Below, one piece after another: positions 24,670-32,000 of a stretch of DNA of 32,000 bases (position 1 is its first letter; each line of letters starts with the position of its first letter). The stretch lies in contig JBAZYK010000005.1 of the NCBI GenBank assembly GCA_041659405.1, positions 31,796-63,795 on the forward strand, given 5' to 3'. The translations under genes were made by a program, and so were the position numbers. Under the pieces are notes generated by a model. The model was not told the origin of the DNA, did not search any database, and saw only the letters and a program-made list of their open reading frames with translations. The DNA is from Candidatus Altimarinota bacterium (GTDB lineage Bacteria > Patescibacteriota > Gracilibacteria > UBA1369).

Positions 24670-25327
24670 ATTTTCACAAGAAAACCAGCGCGTGGGGATA
24701 TTTATTGACACACAAAATTTGTATCACTCCGCCAGGTCTATATTTAATGCCCGCGTGAATTACGGAACATTGATCGAAACGGCCATTCAAGGACGTAAAT
24801 TTATGAGAGCTTTTGCTTATGTAATCAGATCCGAATCGGCGGATGAAATTAAATTTTTTGAAGCGCTGTCCGATTTGGGCATAGAGATGCGCGTAAAGGA
24901 TTTGCAAATTTTTTACAGCGGAGAAAAAAAGGCGGATTGGGATGTTGGTATTGCGATTGATATTGTGCGCATGACGGAAAAACTGGATGCGGTTGTTTTG
25001 GTTAGCGGTGATGGCGATTTTGTTGAGGTTTTGCGTTATGTGAAATCACGTGGTGTAAAAGCGGAAGTAATGGCTTTTAGAAAGACGACTTCCGCTAAAT
25101 TGCTGGAAGAAGTGGATGTTTTTTATGATTTGGGAGCCGATCCGGGCAGATTTTTGATTCCAAGTGGAAAGCCACAGCGACTTCCCGAAAAAGGGCTGAT
25201 GCCTGGCAAACCACAAGGCAATCCAGTGCCAGGAAGGCCTCAAGTACAAGGAAAACCACAAGACAGCGGAAAACCTATACAGCCTTCCAAACCTTTTCAA
25301 AAAGTTAGACGAAGGTTAGTGGCATAA
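24662..25327 (+). CDS. NYN-domain (LabA/DUF88-like) protein with a P/Q/K-rich C-terminal tail
   Basis: VGIFIDTQNLYHSAR, DWDVGIAIDIV and VVLVSGDGDFVEVLRYVKSRG are the NYN/LabA acidic motifs. The tail has GKPQ/GRPQ quasi-repeats. The gene overlaps the HAD gene by 8 nt (ATGATTGA). Confidence 0.8.
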   Translation: MIEFSQENQRVGIFIDTQNLYHSARSIFNARVNYGTLIETAIQGRKFMRAFAYVIRSESADEIKFFEALSDLGIEMRVKDLQIFYSGEKKADWDVGIAIDIVRMTEKLDAVVLVSGDGDFVEVLRYVKSRGVKAEVMAFRKTTSAKLLEEVDVFYDLGADPGRFLIPSGKPQRLPEKGLMPGKPQGNPVPGRPQVQGKPQDSGKPIQPSKPFQKVRRRLVA

Positions 25328-25388
25328 GCTGTAATGCAGGTTGCTAACGCAGAGGCTTTTGCTAAATTTATTTTTTTATTTATTTCTT

Positions 25389-25913
25389 ATGTTTGTACAA
25401 GTTGGAAAAACTGCACCGACTTTTGCTCTTGAAGCTCTGGTTGGTGACGATTTTAAAAAAGTTTCCTCGGAGGATTATAAGGGTAAAAAATGGATGGTTT
25501 TGTTTTTTTATCCATTGGATTTTACATTTGTGTGCCCAACTGAAATTCTGGAATTCAGTAATCGTGCAAAAGAATTTGAAGCACTGAATGCTTTTATCTT
25601 GGGAGTAAGCGTAGATAGTGTTTATTCACATAAAGCCTGGACTAAAGAGTTGGGACAACTCAATTATCCTTTAATGAGTGATAGCACTCGGATATTATCC
25701 AGTGAATATGGCATTCTGATTGAAGAAAAAGGTCATGCTTTGCGTGGACTTTATATAGTTGATCCTGAAGGAATTTTAAGATATCAGCTTGTTCACGACC
25801 TATCTGTTGGCCGCAGCGTTGATGAAACTTTGCGTGTTGTAAAGGCTCTGCAAAGCGGAGAGCTTTGTCCGGTAGGCTGGAAGCCCGGTCAAAAAACTTT
25901 GGGGAAAGCGTAA
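25389..25913 (+). CDS. Typical 2-Cys peroxiredoxin (AhpC/Prx1 family)
   Basis: I moved the start to MFVQVGKTAPTF. The peroxidatic Cys is in FTFVCPTEI and the resolving Cys in GELCPVGWKPG. Confidence 0.9.
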   Translation: MFVQVGKTAPTFALEALVGDDFKKVSSEDYKGKKWMVLFFYPLDFTFVCPTEILEFSNRAKEFEALNAFILGVSVDSVYSHKAWTKELGQLNYPLMSDSTRILSSEYGILIEEKGHALRGLYIVDPEGILRYQLVHDLSVGRSVDETLRVVKALQSGELCPVGWKPGQKTLGKA

Positions 25914-25962
25914 AACTTTCAAGCCTCTCATGAATGAGGCATATTACTTACTTTTACTTTCT

Positions 25963-26916
25963 ATGTCCGAAAATACTTCTGTAATTTACGACTTTCTGAT
26001 TATTGGAGCCGGCTGCGCGGGCGCAAGTGGAGGCATGTATGGCGCGCGCTTGAATTTAAAAACGGCGATGATCGGTGAACTTCCGGGTGGATTGATTACT
26101 ACAACCCATTTGGTCGAAAACTGGCCGGGAATCAAGCAAATCAGTGGCCCGGATTTGGCAGCGGCGCTGCTTGATCATGCGGCATCTTATAACGTGCCGC
26201 TAATTAATGAAAAAGTGTTGTCGGTTGGCCGCGCGGTACAAAATGTTCCTGCCGGAAAACAAAGTGGATTTTTGGTTAAAACAGGATCAAACAGCTATCT
26301 GGCAAAAACCGTTTTGTTTGCGACCGGAACTGAGCATAAAAAACTGGGAGTTCCAGGGGAAAAAGAATTAGCCAATAAAGGCGTATCTTACTGCGCTTTA
26401 TGCGATGCCGGATTTTTTAGAAATAAAGTTGTGGCGGTAGTTGGCAGTGGCGATTCCGCGGTGAAAGAGGCAATTTTATTGGCTGAACAATGCGCAAAAG
26501 TTTATCTTTTGATTCGTGGAGATGTGGTAAAAGCCGAAGGTCCAAATCAAACTCGGCTTCAAAATAATCCTAAAATTGAAGTGCGTTTTAAGGCGGAAAT
26601 TGCGGAGATTAAGGGCAGTACTAAAGTGGAAAAGGTTTTGCTTAAAAGTGGCGAGGAGCTTCCAATGCAGGGGGTTTTTGTGGCTGTTGGGCATTTGCCT
26701 TTGTCGGGGCTCGCAAAAGAGCTTGGGGTTGCGTTAAATAATCATGGTGAAATTATGGTTAATCGCCAATCACAAACTAATCTTCCTGGAATATTTGCAG
26801 CCGGAGACGTAACCGACAGCAGCTTTAAACAAGCCATAACCGGAGCTTCGGAGGCGGTTGTTGCTTCGTATTTTGCTTATGATTATGTCAGCAAAAGTGA
26901 AGTGGTGTTTGAGTAA
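25963..26916 (+). CDS. trxB: Thioredoxin reductase
   Basis: I moved the start to MSENTSVIYDFLIIGAGCAG. Motifs are the redox CALC in VSYCALCDAGFF, the second GxGxxA site (VVGSGDSAVKEA) and FAAGDV. Confidence 0.88.
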   Translation: MSENTSVIYDFLIIGAGCAGASGGMYGARLNLKTAMIGELPGGLITTTHLVENWPGIKQISGPDLAAALLDHAASYNVPLINEKVLSVGRAVQNVPAGKQSGFLVKTGSNSYLAKTVLFATGTEHKKLGVPGEKELANKGVSYCALCDAGFFRNKVVAVVGSGDSAVKEAILLAEQCAKVYLLIRGDVVKAEGPNQTRLQNNPKIEVRFKAEIAEIKGSTKVEKVLLKSGEELPMQGVFVAVGHLPLSGLAKELGVALNNHGEIMVNRQSQTNLPGIFAAGDVTDSSFKQAITGASEAVVASYFAYDYVSKSEVVFE

Positions 26917-26958
26917 AAACGAGCGCAAATGGTACGCGCTGTGCTGCTGGAAGATTTA

Positions 26959-27399
26959 CTATTGCGACTGAGAATTCTTCAGGAATTTTTCCGCTTTTTC
27001 GAGAATGTCTTTGGCGGTTTTGAAAGTTGTTTTCTCGTAAGCCTCTTTGTATGGAAGCCACAAATAGCCTTTGTGCTCAAAAGAAACCGTGATCTTTTTT
27101 TGAGTGGTTCGTGCCAGAAAGAAAGTTACATCTTTGGACATTTTCTGTGGTCCATGCATATAAATATAATTTATTTTTTCGCGAAAACCTTCGATCCAGA
27201 CGATTTTTTCTAAAGCTGTTTCTTCTTTTAGTTCACGATATGCGGCTTCGTGCTCGGTCTCGTCGCCTTCAATGTGTCCTTTGGCATAATCAAAATGGCC
27301 GCCCGGATAATGCAAAAGCAGATATTCCCTGCCCTCTTTAAGTTGGCGGAATATGATGATTCCGGCTGATCTTTCGTAGATGATGTTTGGATTTTCCAT
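26959..27399 (-). CDS. Nudix hydrolase (Ap4A-hydrolase-like)
   Basis: The Nudix box is GHIEGDETEHEAAYRELKEETAL. The protein is 146 aa. Confidence 0.85.
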   Translation of the reverse strand: MENPNIIYERSAGIIIFRQLKEGREYLLLHYPGGHFDYAKGHIEGDETEHEAAYRELKEETALEKIVWIEGFREKINYIYMHGPQKMSKDVTFFLARTTQKKITVSFEHKGYLWLPYKEAYEKTTFKTAKDILEKAEKFLKNSQSQ

Positions 27400-27469
27400 G
27401 AATTTCTTTTAGAATGCTCTTTGTTGGGCGAAAACACACGTATTGTAAAACTTTGCTTTTCATTTGACC

Positions 27470-28549
27470 ATGTTAACTGGACAAGAAAAAATTTCGGAGA
27501 TTATAAAGCGCTTTCCTAAGGCAAAAAAAACTTTGGCTCAATATGGTTTGACCATAGAGGCCGAGGAGCATTTTAAGTTTAAAAACCTGGTTTACGCGGC
27601 ACTCGTGCAAAAATTGCCTTTACGGAAGATTTTAACGGAATTGGGTGAAGTTACCGGTGAAAAAATCCGTGCATTAAACGTGCAGGGCTTGGAAAAGCCC
27701 ATGCAGCCGGGGTTTAGACATGGAACGCCAAAAGGAATTGGAAAAACTATTGTTGTGCATAGCGGCAAAGGTGGCGTTGGAAAAACGTTTGTGGCAGTAA
27801 ATTTGGCTGCGGCATTGGCTTGCAAGGGGTTTAAAGTGGGAATTTTGGACGGTGATGTGGATTGTCCGAATGTGATGGAAGTTTTAAAACTGAAGGGAAA
27901 AATGAAAGCGGATGCGGAGAAAAAAATTGTGCCGTTGGAGAAAATTTTTGCTCTAGCCAAAGGCAAGTCCCAACAGTTTGGCCTTAAAGTCGTTTCTATG
28001 GCACCTCTTTTGCAGCAGAATGATCAGCCGTTGATGTGGCGCGGTCCGGTGATTTCCCGTGTGATAGAGCAGTTTGTGCATGATGTGGCTTGGGGGGAGC
28101 TGGATTACCTTGTGGTTGATCTTCCTTCCGGAACCGGCGATGCGCCTTTAACTTTGCTGAATATTTTGGATCAGCCGAATTTTGTGGCCGTAACAACTTC
28201 GCAGGAGTTGGCGCAGTTGGATTGCAAAAAATCTCTTGGAATGGCTAAAAAATTAAACTTGAAGATTTTAGGCGTGATCGAAAATATGTCCGGGACGATT
28301 TTTGGCAAAGGTGGCGGTCTAAAAATCGCCAAAGAAATGAGTGGGACGGGCGCGGCGAGCAGGAGTGCGGAGGGATCAGAAAAATCGGTCAAAGGTAAGA
28401 CTGGTGTAAAAACGGTTGTGCCTTTTTTGGGAGCGATCGATTTAAAATCGGAATTTGCGAAATTGGATATCCATGGAAAACCGGCAGTGCTGCGGTCAAA
28501 AGCGCTTGCAGCAGTGTTTAATAAGATCATCGGAGCAATGAAACTTTAA
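27470..28549 (+). CDS. Mrp/NBP35/ParA-type P-loop ATPase with an extra N-terminal domain
   Basis: Deviant Walker A SGKGGVGKT, then VVDLPSGTGD and GVIENMS. I see no CxxC after ENMS, the position where ApbC/Mrp proteins normally carry it. The ATG at 27470 is preferred over the track's TTG at 27464. Confidence 0.75.
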   Translation: MLTGQEKISEIIKRFPKAKKTLAQYGLTIEAEEHFKFKNLVYAALVQKLPLRKILTELGEVTGEKIRALNVQGLEKPMQPGFRHGTPKGIGKTIVVHSGKGGVGKTFVAVNLAAALACKGFKVGILDGDVDCPNVMEVLKLKGKMKADAEKKIVPLEKIFALAKGKSQQFGLKVVSMAPLLQQNDQPLMWRGPVISRVIEQFVHDVAWGELDYLVVDLPSGTGDAPLTLLNILDQPNFVAVTTSQELAQLDCKKSLGMAKKLNLKILGVIENMSGTIFGKGGGLKIAKEMSGTGAASRSAEGSEKSVKGKTGVKTVVPFLGAIDLKSEFAKLDIHGKPAVLRSKALAAVFNKIIGAMKL

Positions 28550-28599
28550 ATCCTAGTTTCGACATGTTAAAATGGGCCGGCAGTTGGAAATTGGGGCAC

Positions 28600-28685
28600 G
28601 GGCGAGTGGCGAAATGGCAGACGCGCTACCTTCAGGAGGTAGTGATCGCAAGGTCATGGAGGTTCAAGTCCTCTCTCGCCCACCA
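28600..28685 (+). tRNA. tRNA-Leu (anticodon CAG)
   Basis: Acceptor GGGCGAG/CTCGCCC, anticodon stem CTACC/GGTAG with loop TTCAGGA, a 15-nt variable arm (class II), T arm GGAGG-TTCAAGT-CCTCT, discriminator A and encoded CCA. Track ORFs 28564-28779 and 28572-28757 are artefacts over it. Confidence 0.9.
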
Positions 28686-28736
28686 GATTTGCGCGGCAAA
28701 TCCGGCCCCGCCAAGGCGGGACCAAAAATCAACAAT

Positions 28737-29582
28737 CTACTCTTTTGGCTTTCTTAATTGCTTATTCACGTTACCTTGAAGGTAATTTCCCTTTGAAATA
28801 ACGCTTCTTCCGAGCTCTTTTTCTGTCTGCTTTCGTGCGCCACCTGCGACATTTCCACCCCGCTTGGCCACTTTTTTATGCTCTATCATTACTTTTGGCT
28901 TTTCCTTGTGGGAAATCTCCGTTGTTACTTTCTCCCCAAGCATTGTAAAAATCAGCTCCAGGTCGGTCATATTGTCCCTCAAATTTGCTTTGGATTTGTC
29001 AGGTATTTCTTTGTATTTTCTGTACTCATTCGGAGTCATGCCAAAAGTAGCCTTTGAAATTTCAGCGGTCAAAATTGCATAATCCTCCTCGTGCATAAGG
29101 CCCCGCTCTTTCCATTCATCCGTCAAATTCTGGCGGATCGCAATGCCACGCAAGCGTTTATCAATCCAGTCTTTGGAATAGCCCTTTTTCTCGTAAAGTT
29201 TCTTCATGCGCTCTTGTGCAAGTTCGGGATTTTCAATTTCATCCAGTCGCTCTTTTCCAACTTCGGCAAGCCACATTTTGAATGGTTCAGCTTTTTTACT
29301 CGGAATTGATTGTACCAGGCGAAATGCATTCTTGGTATTTACGCAGTCGGTAAGCCTTTCTTTCCCGTCAGTAGCTACAAGTTTCAACTGTCCCCAAATT
29401 GGGGACAGTTGAATTTCGATAAATTCCCTTTGTTTAACTTTTTCCCAATACTGCCTCGGCGTAGGGCTATCGGTAAGTGCTTCAATAATATCCACTACCG
29501 AATAAAACCACTCATCATTATGCCAAATTCGGCGGATCTTTTTTGATTGGAAGAGTACGAGCTTGTTTTGTCGATTGTCCAT
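28737..29582 (-). CDS. Bro-N domain protein (DinD / phage antirepressor-like)
   Basis: The N-terminus, FQSKKIRRIWHNDEWFYSVVDIIEALTDS...TKNAFRLVQSIPSKKAEPFKMWLAEVG, is a Bro-N pattern. The C-terminal half (NLRDNMTDLELIFTMLGE) resembles DinD-like proteins. Confidence 0.7.
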   Translation of the reverse strand: MDNRQNKLVLFQSKKIRRIWHNDEWFYSVVDIIEALTDSPTPRQYWEKVKQREFIEIQLSPIWGQLKLVATDGKERLTDCVNTKNAFRLVQSIPSKKAEPFKMWLAEVGKERLDEIENPELAQERMKKLYEKKGYSKDWIDKRLRGIAIRQNLTDEWKERGLMHEEDYAILTAEISKATFGMTPNEYRKYKEIPDKSKANLRDNMTDLELIFTMLGEKVTTEISHKEKPKVMIEHKKVAKRGGNVAGGARKQTEKELGRSVISKGNYLQGNVNKQLRKPKE

Positions 29583-29667
29583 AATTTTAGAAGTTAGAAA
29601 TAACTCATTTTATTTTTACCACACAAACATTAAAAAATTCTAAAATCTTTCTTAAATAAAAATGAAA

Positions 29668-29775
29668 ATAACCTGCACCGCGCCACGCCCCCGAAGAGCA
29701 TTATTCTGATTATCGGGATTGTTCCAATTGAAGTTGACCTGACGATTCTTCGGATTGAAATTACCGTAGGCGATT
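29668..29775 (-). repeat. DGR template repeat (TR)
   Basis: Hand alignment to the VR uses a constant offset of 524 nt with no gaps. In 29670-29775 there are 29 coding-strand adenines (T on +). Sixteen of them differ from the VR, and none of the 77 non-adenine positions differ. The sense strand reads GCC TAC GGT AAT TTC AAT CCG AAG AAT CGT CAG GTC AAC TTC AAT TGG AAC AAT CCC GAT AAT CAG AAT AAT GCT..., rich in AAY codons, which is the classical DGR design. Confidence 0.85.
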
Positions 29776-30140
29776 ATTGACCGGATGTGTCCGTAAACAT
29801 AAACGTTGTCGCAACAACGCCATGCGCATTGGTTTGCTTTTTCACCCTCTTTGTTGAGATGCATATCTCGGATTTACTTGAGAGTACAACCGGCTCAAAC
29901 GTGCAGGTTTATTTTCATGTAAAATGCTGGCACAAGCCCCTGCTTTTGCCCCGCCAGGGCGGGATGCTACGAAGCTTTTGAATGTGCCACCATTCAGCGG
30001 TAGCCTTAGACCACATTGCGACCATTCTATGGATTTTCAAGGATGACCACCGCTTGGCGGGGTCTTGGACAAGTCCAGGTTGCTATTCACCGACGTTGAA
30101 ATATTAATCCTTGATGTGAAAAAATTAAAGCTAAAATTAG

Positions 30141-30158
30141 GCCCCGCTGCGGCGGGGC
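30141..30158 (-). promoter_or_regulatory. GC hairpin 33 nt downstream of the VR (terminator of the target gene and/or DGR target-recognition hairpin)
   Basis: GCCCCGC-TGCG-GCGGGGC has a 7-bp stem and a 4-nt loop. On the coding strand it is followed by an A/T-rich tract. Confidence 0.55.
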
Positions 30159-30187
30159 TTAAGAAAAAGCAAAGATCAAATTTCAAT

Positions 30188-31654
30188 TTATAAAACCTGC
30201 ACCGCGCCACGCCCCCGAAGAGCAACATCCCGATTATCGGGATCGGCCCAATCGAAGGCGACCTGACGACGCTCCGGATCGAAATAACCGTAGGCGAATT
30301 TACTTATTTTAGAATTATGTTCTTGATTGAACATCGTCACTGTTTCTTGTGGCTGATCGTAAAAATCAATAATATGTTTTCCCGGATTTGACTCCCCATT
30401 CTTCTTTGCTTTCGCATAGGCACGCAGTGAGCGTTGCATGCCCATGGCATACTGATGGTCGTGTATAAGCTCCATTCCCTGTTCCTTGAAGTAGCTTTCA
30501 CAAACGCGTAGCTGTTCATCATTGCGCTGTTTTCTGGGTTGCTGCCCCGGAACAACCGCCGGACTTTGAACCATATCGACAATGCTGACGCCGACCTTTT
30601 TAGGACCTTCGGGCCATTCATAATCAGTTGCAAAATAAGCTCTATGCTGCTGCTCATAATGGCGATTTACATCCAAATCCATATCATCCTTCATTTCAGC
30701 AAAAGATTTATTGGCGGGTTCAATAATCAGTTCAGGTTTACCCATAATGGATGCTATCTTTTCAAGCTTTTTCGTACCCAGTTTTAAAATATTGGCAATA
30801 ACCTCTTCTTTGGAAGGCGCGACAATGTCCGGATCAAACTCTCTGGCCGTGGCAAGGGCTTCTTCATATCCACTGACAACACTAAGAAGTTTTTCTTTTT
30901 GTTCCGTGGTTAAACGGAGGCGATCAACGAATTGCTGATAATCTTTTTCTAATTTTGCTTCCACTGCTTTTTTAAAATATTCTCCATATGCGATTGGCCC
31001 GGTAGTTTCTATGCTTTTTGCGACACCATGACCAGCGCCTACCTCTGCTTTTGCACCCTGATTCGCCAATTCCAATACACGGGCAGATCTTTTAGCCACA
31101 AACTCACGAATATCAACAATTTTTCCTGTCTGATCAAGCTTTTCTTCCTGTTGCTGCAACGATCTGCGACCTTCAGCATCAAGCTTTGCCATTTTTTCAT
31201 CCCGCTCCGCTATGAGTTTCTCAAGCTGTTGCTGCACATGAAGAGTTTCGACGGCAATGTGCTTCTTCTCTGCTGTTGAAAGTACTGTGGGTTCGATTTT
31301 TTTAGATTTTGGCTCAGGTCGATCAACCAGCCATCGTGCGATTTTTAAAGGTGACTTGCTTAAGCTCAAAGCAACCCTTTTATGCCATGGAGATGCGGGT
31401 TTTTGCACCATGGGTATTTCCGGACTTTGAGGTTCATCTTCCAGACTTTCCATCAAATATTCATAATCATGGTGAAGGAGCTCAATCCTGGTTTCTAGAG
31501 CCATAATATCCTCCAATAGTTTTGATTGCTCGGCTTGAGTTAAAGAACCAGCAGTTTGATTTTTTTCGCCGGCTTGTGCGGTTTTCTGACCTTTTTCTCC
31601 TTCAGAATCTGAAACAGATAGATCGCCTGAATCCGCAGTATGTGGTTTTCCCAT
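30188..31654 (-). CDS. DGR target (variable) protein, 488 aa, otherwise uncharacterised
   Basis: Track ORF. The N-terminal half is charged and coiled-coil-like with no signal peptide. The C-terminus ...FAYGYFDPERRQVAFDWADPDNRDVALRGRGAVQVL carries the VR. Confidence 0.8.
   Translation of the reverse strand: MGKPHTADSGDLSVSDSEGEKGQKTAQAGEKNQTAGSLTQAEQSKLLEDIMALETRIELLHHDYEYLMESLEDEPQSPEIPMVQKPASPWHKRVALSLSKSPLKIARWLVDRPEPKSKKIEPTVLSTAEKKHIAVETLHVQQQLEKLIAERDEKMAKLDAEGRRSLQQQEEKLDQTGKIVDIREFVAKRSARVLELANQGAKAEVGAGHGVAKSIETTGPIAYGEYFKKAVEAKLEKDYQQFVDRLRLTTEQKEKLLSVVSGYEEALATAREFDPDIVAPSKEEVIANILKLGTKKLEKIASIMGKPELIIEPANKSFAEMKDDMDLDVNRHYEQQHRAYFATDYEWPEGPKKVGVSIVDMVQSPAVVPGQQPRKQRNDEQLRVCESYFKEQGMELIHDHQYAMGMQRSLRAYAKAKKNGESNPGKHIIDFYDQPQETVTMFNQEHNSKISKFAYGYFDPERRQVAFDWADPDNRDVALRGRGAVQVL
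30192..30299 (-). repeat. DGR variable repeat (VR), last ~35 codons of the target gene
   Basis: The VR sense strand reads GCC TAC GGT TAT TTC GAT CCG GAG CGT CGT CAG GTC GCC TTC GAT TGG GCC GAT CCC GAT AAT CGG GAT GTT GCT... Its 3' 31 nt (30194-30224, GC-rich: CTTCGGGGGCGTGGCGCGGTGCAGG) are identical to the TR, as expected for an IMH-like end. Confidence 0.85.
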
Positions 31655-31680
31655 AATTGTTTGTTTTAAGATTTCTGCTT

Positions 31681-31689
31681 ATTATAGCA
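31681..31689 (-). promoter_or_regulatory. Extended -10 element (TGCTATAAT) upstream of the DGR target gene
   Basis: The reverse complement of ATTATAGCA is TGCTATAAT. The -10 ends 26 nt upstream of the ATG at 31654. Confidence 0.35.
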
Positions 31690-31717
31690 TTTTTGGCTGT
31701 AATATGCCATGCAAAAT

Positions 31718-32000
31718 CTAAAAAATCATGATCAAATCCCCTAAATTAGTTCCGGTTGGGCCGGTTTTGATGAGGCCGTTTGTTTTTTTGAAAAAAGTGT
31801 AGGAGTCGTTGCGATTTAAAAAGTCGTCGATTTTTAAGTGTTGTTTTTGGGCTGACTGTAAAATGGCTTGATGGCCGATCGCTCCGGCGATTGGCTCGGG
31901 ACAGATGCCATCAACGCCGTCGGTGCCAATTGAAAGGATGCAGTAATTGGAAAGTGCAGAATCCGCAGAAGTGTTTTTTTTAAATTCGTTTTTGGCCTGC
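31718..32000 (-). CDS. MOFRL-domain protein (glycerate 2-kinase / hydroxypyruvate reductase-like), C-terminal fragment; the 5' part is beyond the window
   Basis: My minus-strand translation ends ...SIGTDGVDGICPEPIAGAIGHQAILQSAQ...NDSYTFFKKTNGLIKTGPTGTNLGDLIMIF* (stop is the complement of 31718-31720). GTDG.DG and TGPTGTN..D are MOFRL C-terminal motifs. Confidence 0.7.
   Translation of the reverse strand, partial: QAKNEFKKNTSADSALSNYCILSIGTDGVDGICPEPIAGAIGHQAILQSAQKQHLKIDDFLNRNDSYTFFKKTNGLIKTGPTGTNLGDLIMIF

Larger units (their letters stand above)
29668..31654 (-). mobile_element. Diversity-generating retroelement cassette (target gene with VR, spacer, TR); RT not present in the window
   Basis: See the VR and TR features. 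The order on the minus strand is target CDS, VR, hairpin, ~370-nt non-coding spacer, TR. Confidence 0.75.

Noticed and set aside
29652-29864. A 70-aa track ORF whose C-terminus (AYGNFNPKNRQVNFNWNNPDNQNNALRGRGAVQV) mimics the C-terminus of the 488-aa protein; it could be read as a small paralogue or pseudogene.
   Set aside because: The similarity is confined to the 106-nt repeat, and all differences are at adenines. It is therefore best explained as the non-coding DGR template repeat that happens to stay in frame. The upstream part (MHLNKEGEKANQCAWRCCDNVYVYGHIRS) has no counterpart in the target gene.

Overview
The window is AT-rich and compact, and looks like a small-genome bacterium. A Patescibacteria/CPR-like origin is my inference only, based on weak Shine-Dalgarno usage, SUF as the only Fe-S system seen, an intron-bearing tRNA and a DGR. 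All calls come from reading the sequence and the ORF track and from remembered family motifs; no searches were run.

Core genes:
- A partial secreted protein with multiple Ig-like repeats, then rpsT.
- Rrf2-sufCBD-(small Cys-rich ORF)-sufS-sufU-DUF59.
- thyA and folA.
- A HAD hydrolase and a NYN-domain protein, translationally coupled.
- Peroxiredoxin and trxB, a Nudix hydrolase, and an Mrp-like ATPase.
- tRNA-Leu(CAG), a Memo-like protein, an M15+SLT cell-wall hydrolase, and a partial MOFRL glycerate-kinase-like gene.

Leads, strongest first:
1. A diversity-generating-retroelement signature. The last ~106 nt of a 488-aa gene (VR, 30194-30299) recur 524 nt downstream (TR, 29670-29775). They differ at 16 positions, and every difference sits at a TR adenine on the coding strand. 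No reverse transcriptase or Avd is present in the window.
2. A 312-nt group I (IC3-like) intron inside the anticodon loop of a tRNA(CAU).
3. A more AT-rich accessory or defence island directly after that tRNA (2.7-10.2 kb). It carries a HEPN (Rx4H) protein, AbiEi plus an AbiEii nucleotidyltransferase with a WYL-like and Cys/His C-terminal extension, and a stand-alone SIR2-like protein. Part of it is bracketed by two ~97% identical 235-bp copies of a PhnA-C-domain gene.
4. An untracked 56-aa ORF with 8 Cys between sufD and sufS.

Smaller items are a GC-rich palindrome between sufC and sufB, tandem ~30-bp degenerate repeats between thyA and folA, and a family of GCCCCGCC hairpins around the DGR.
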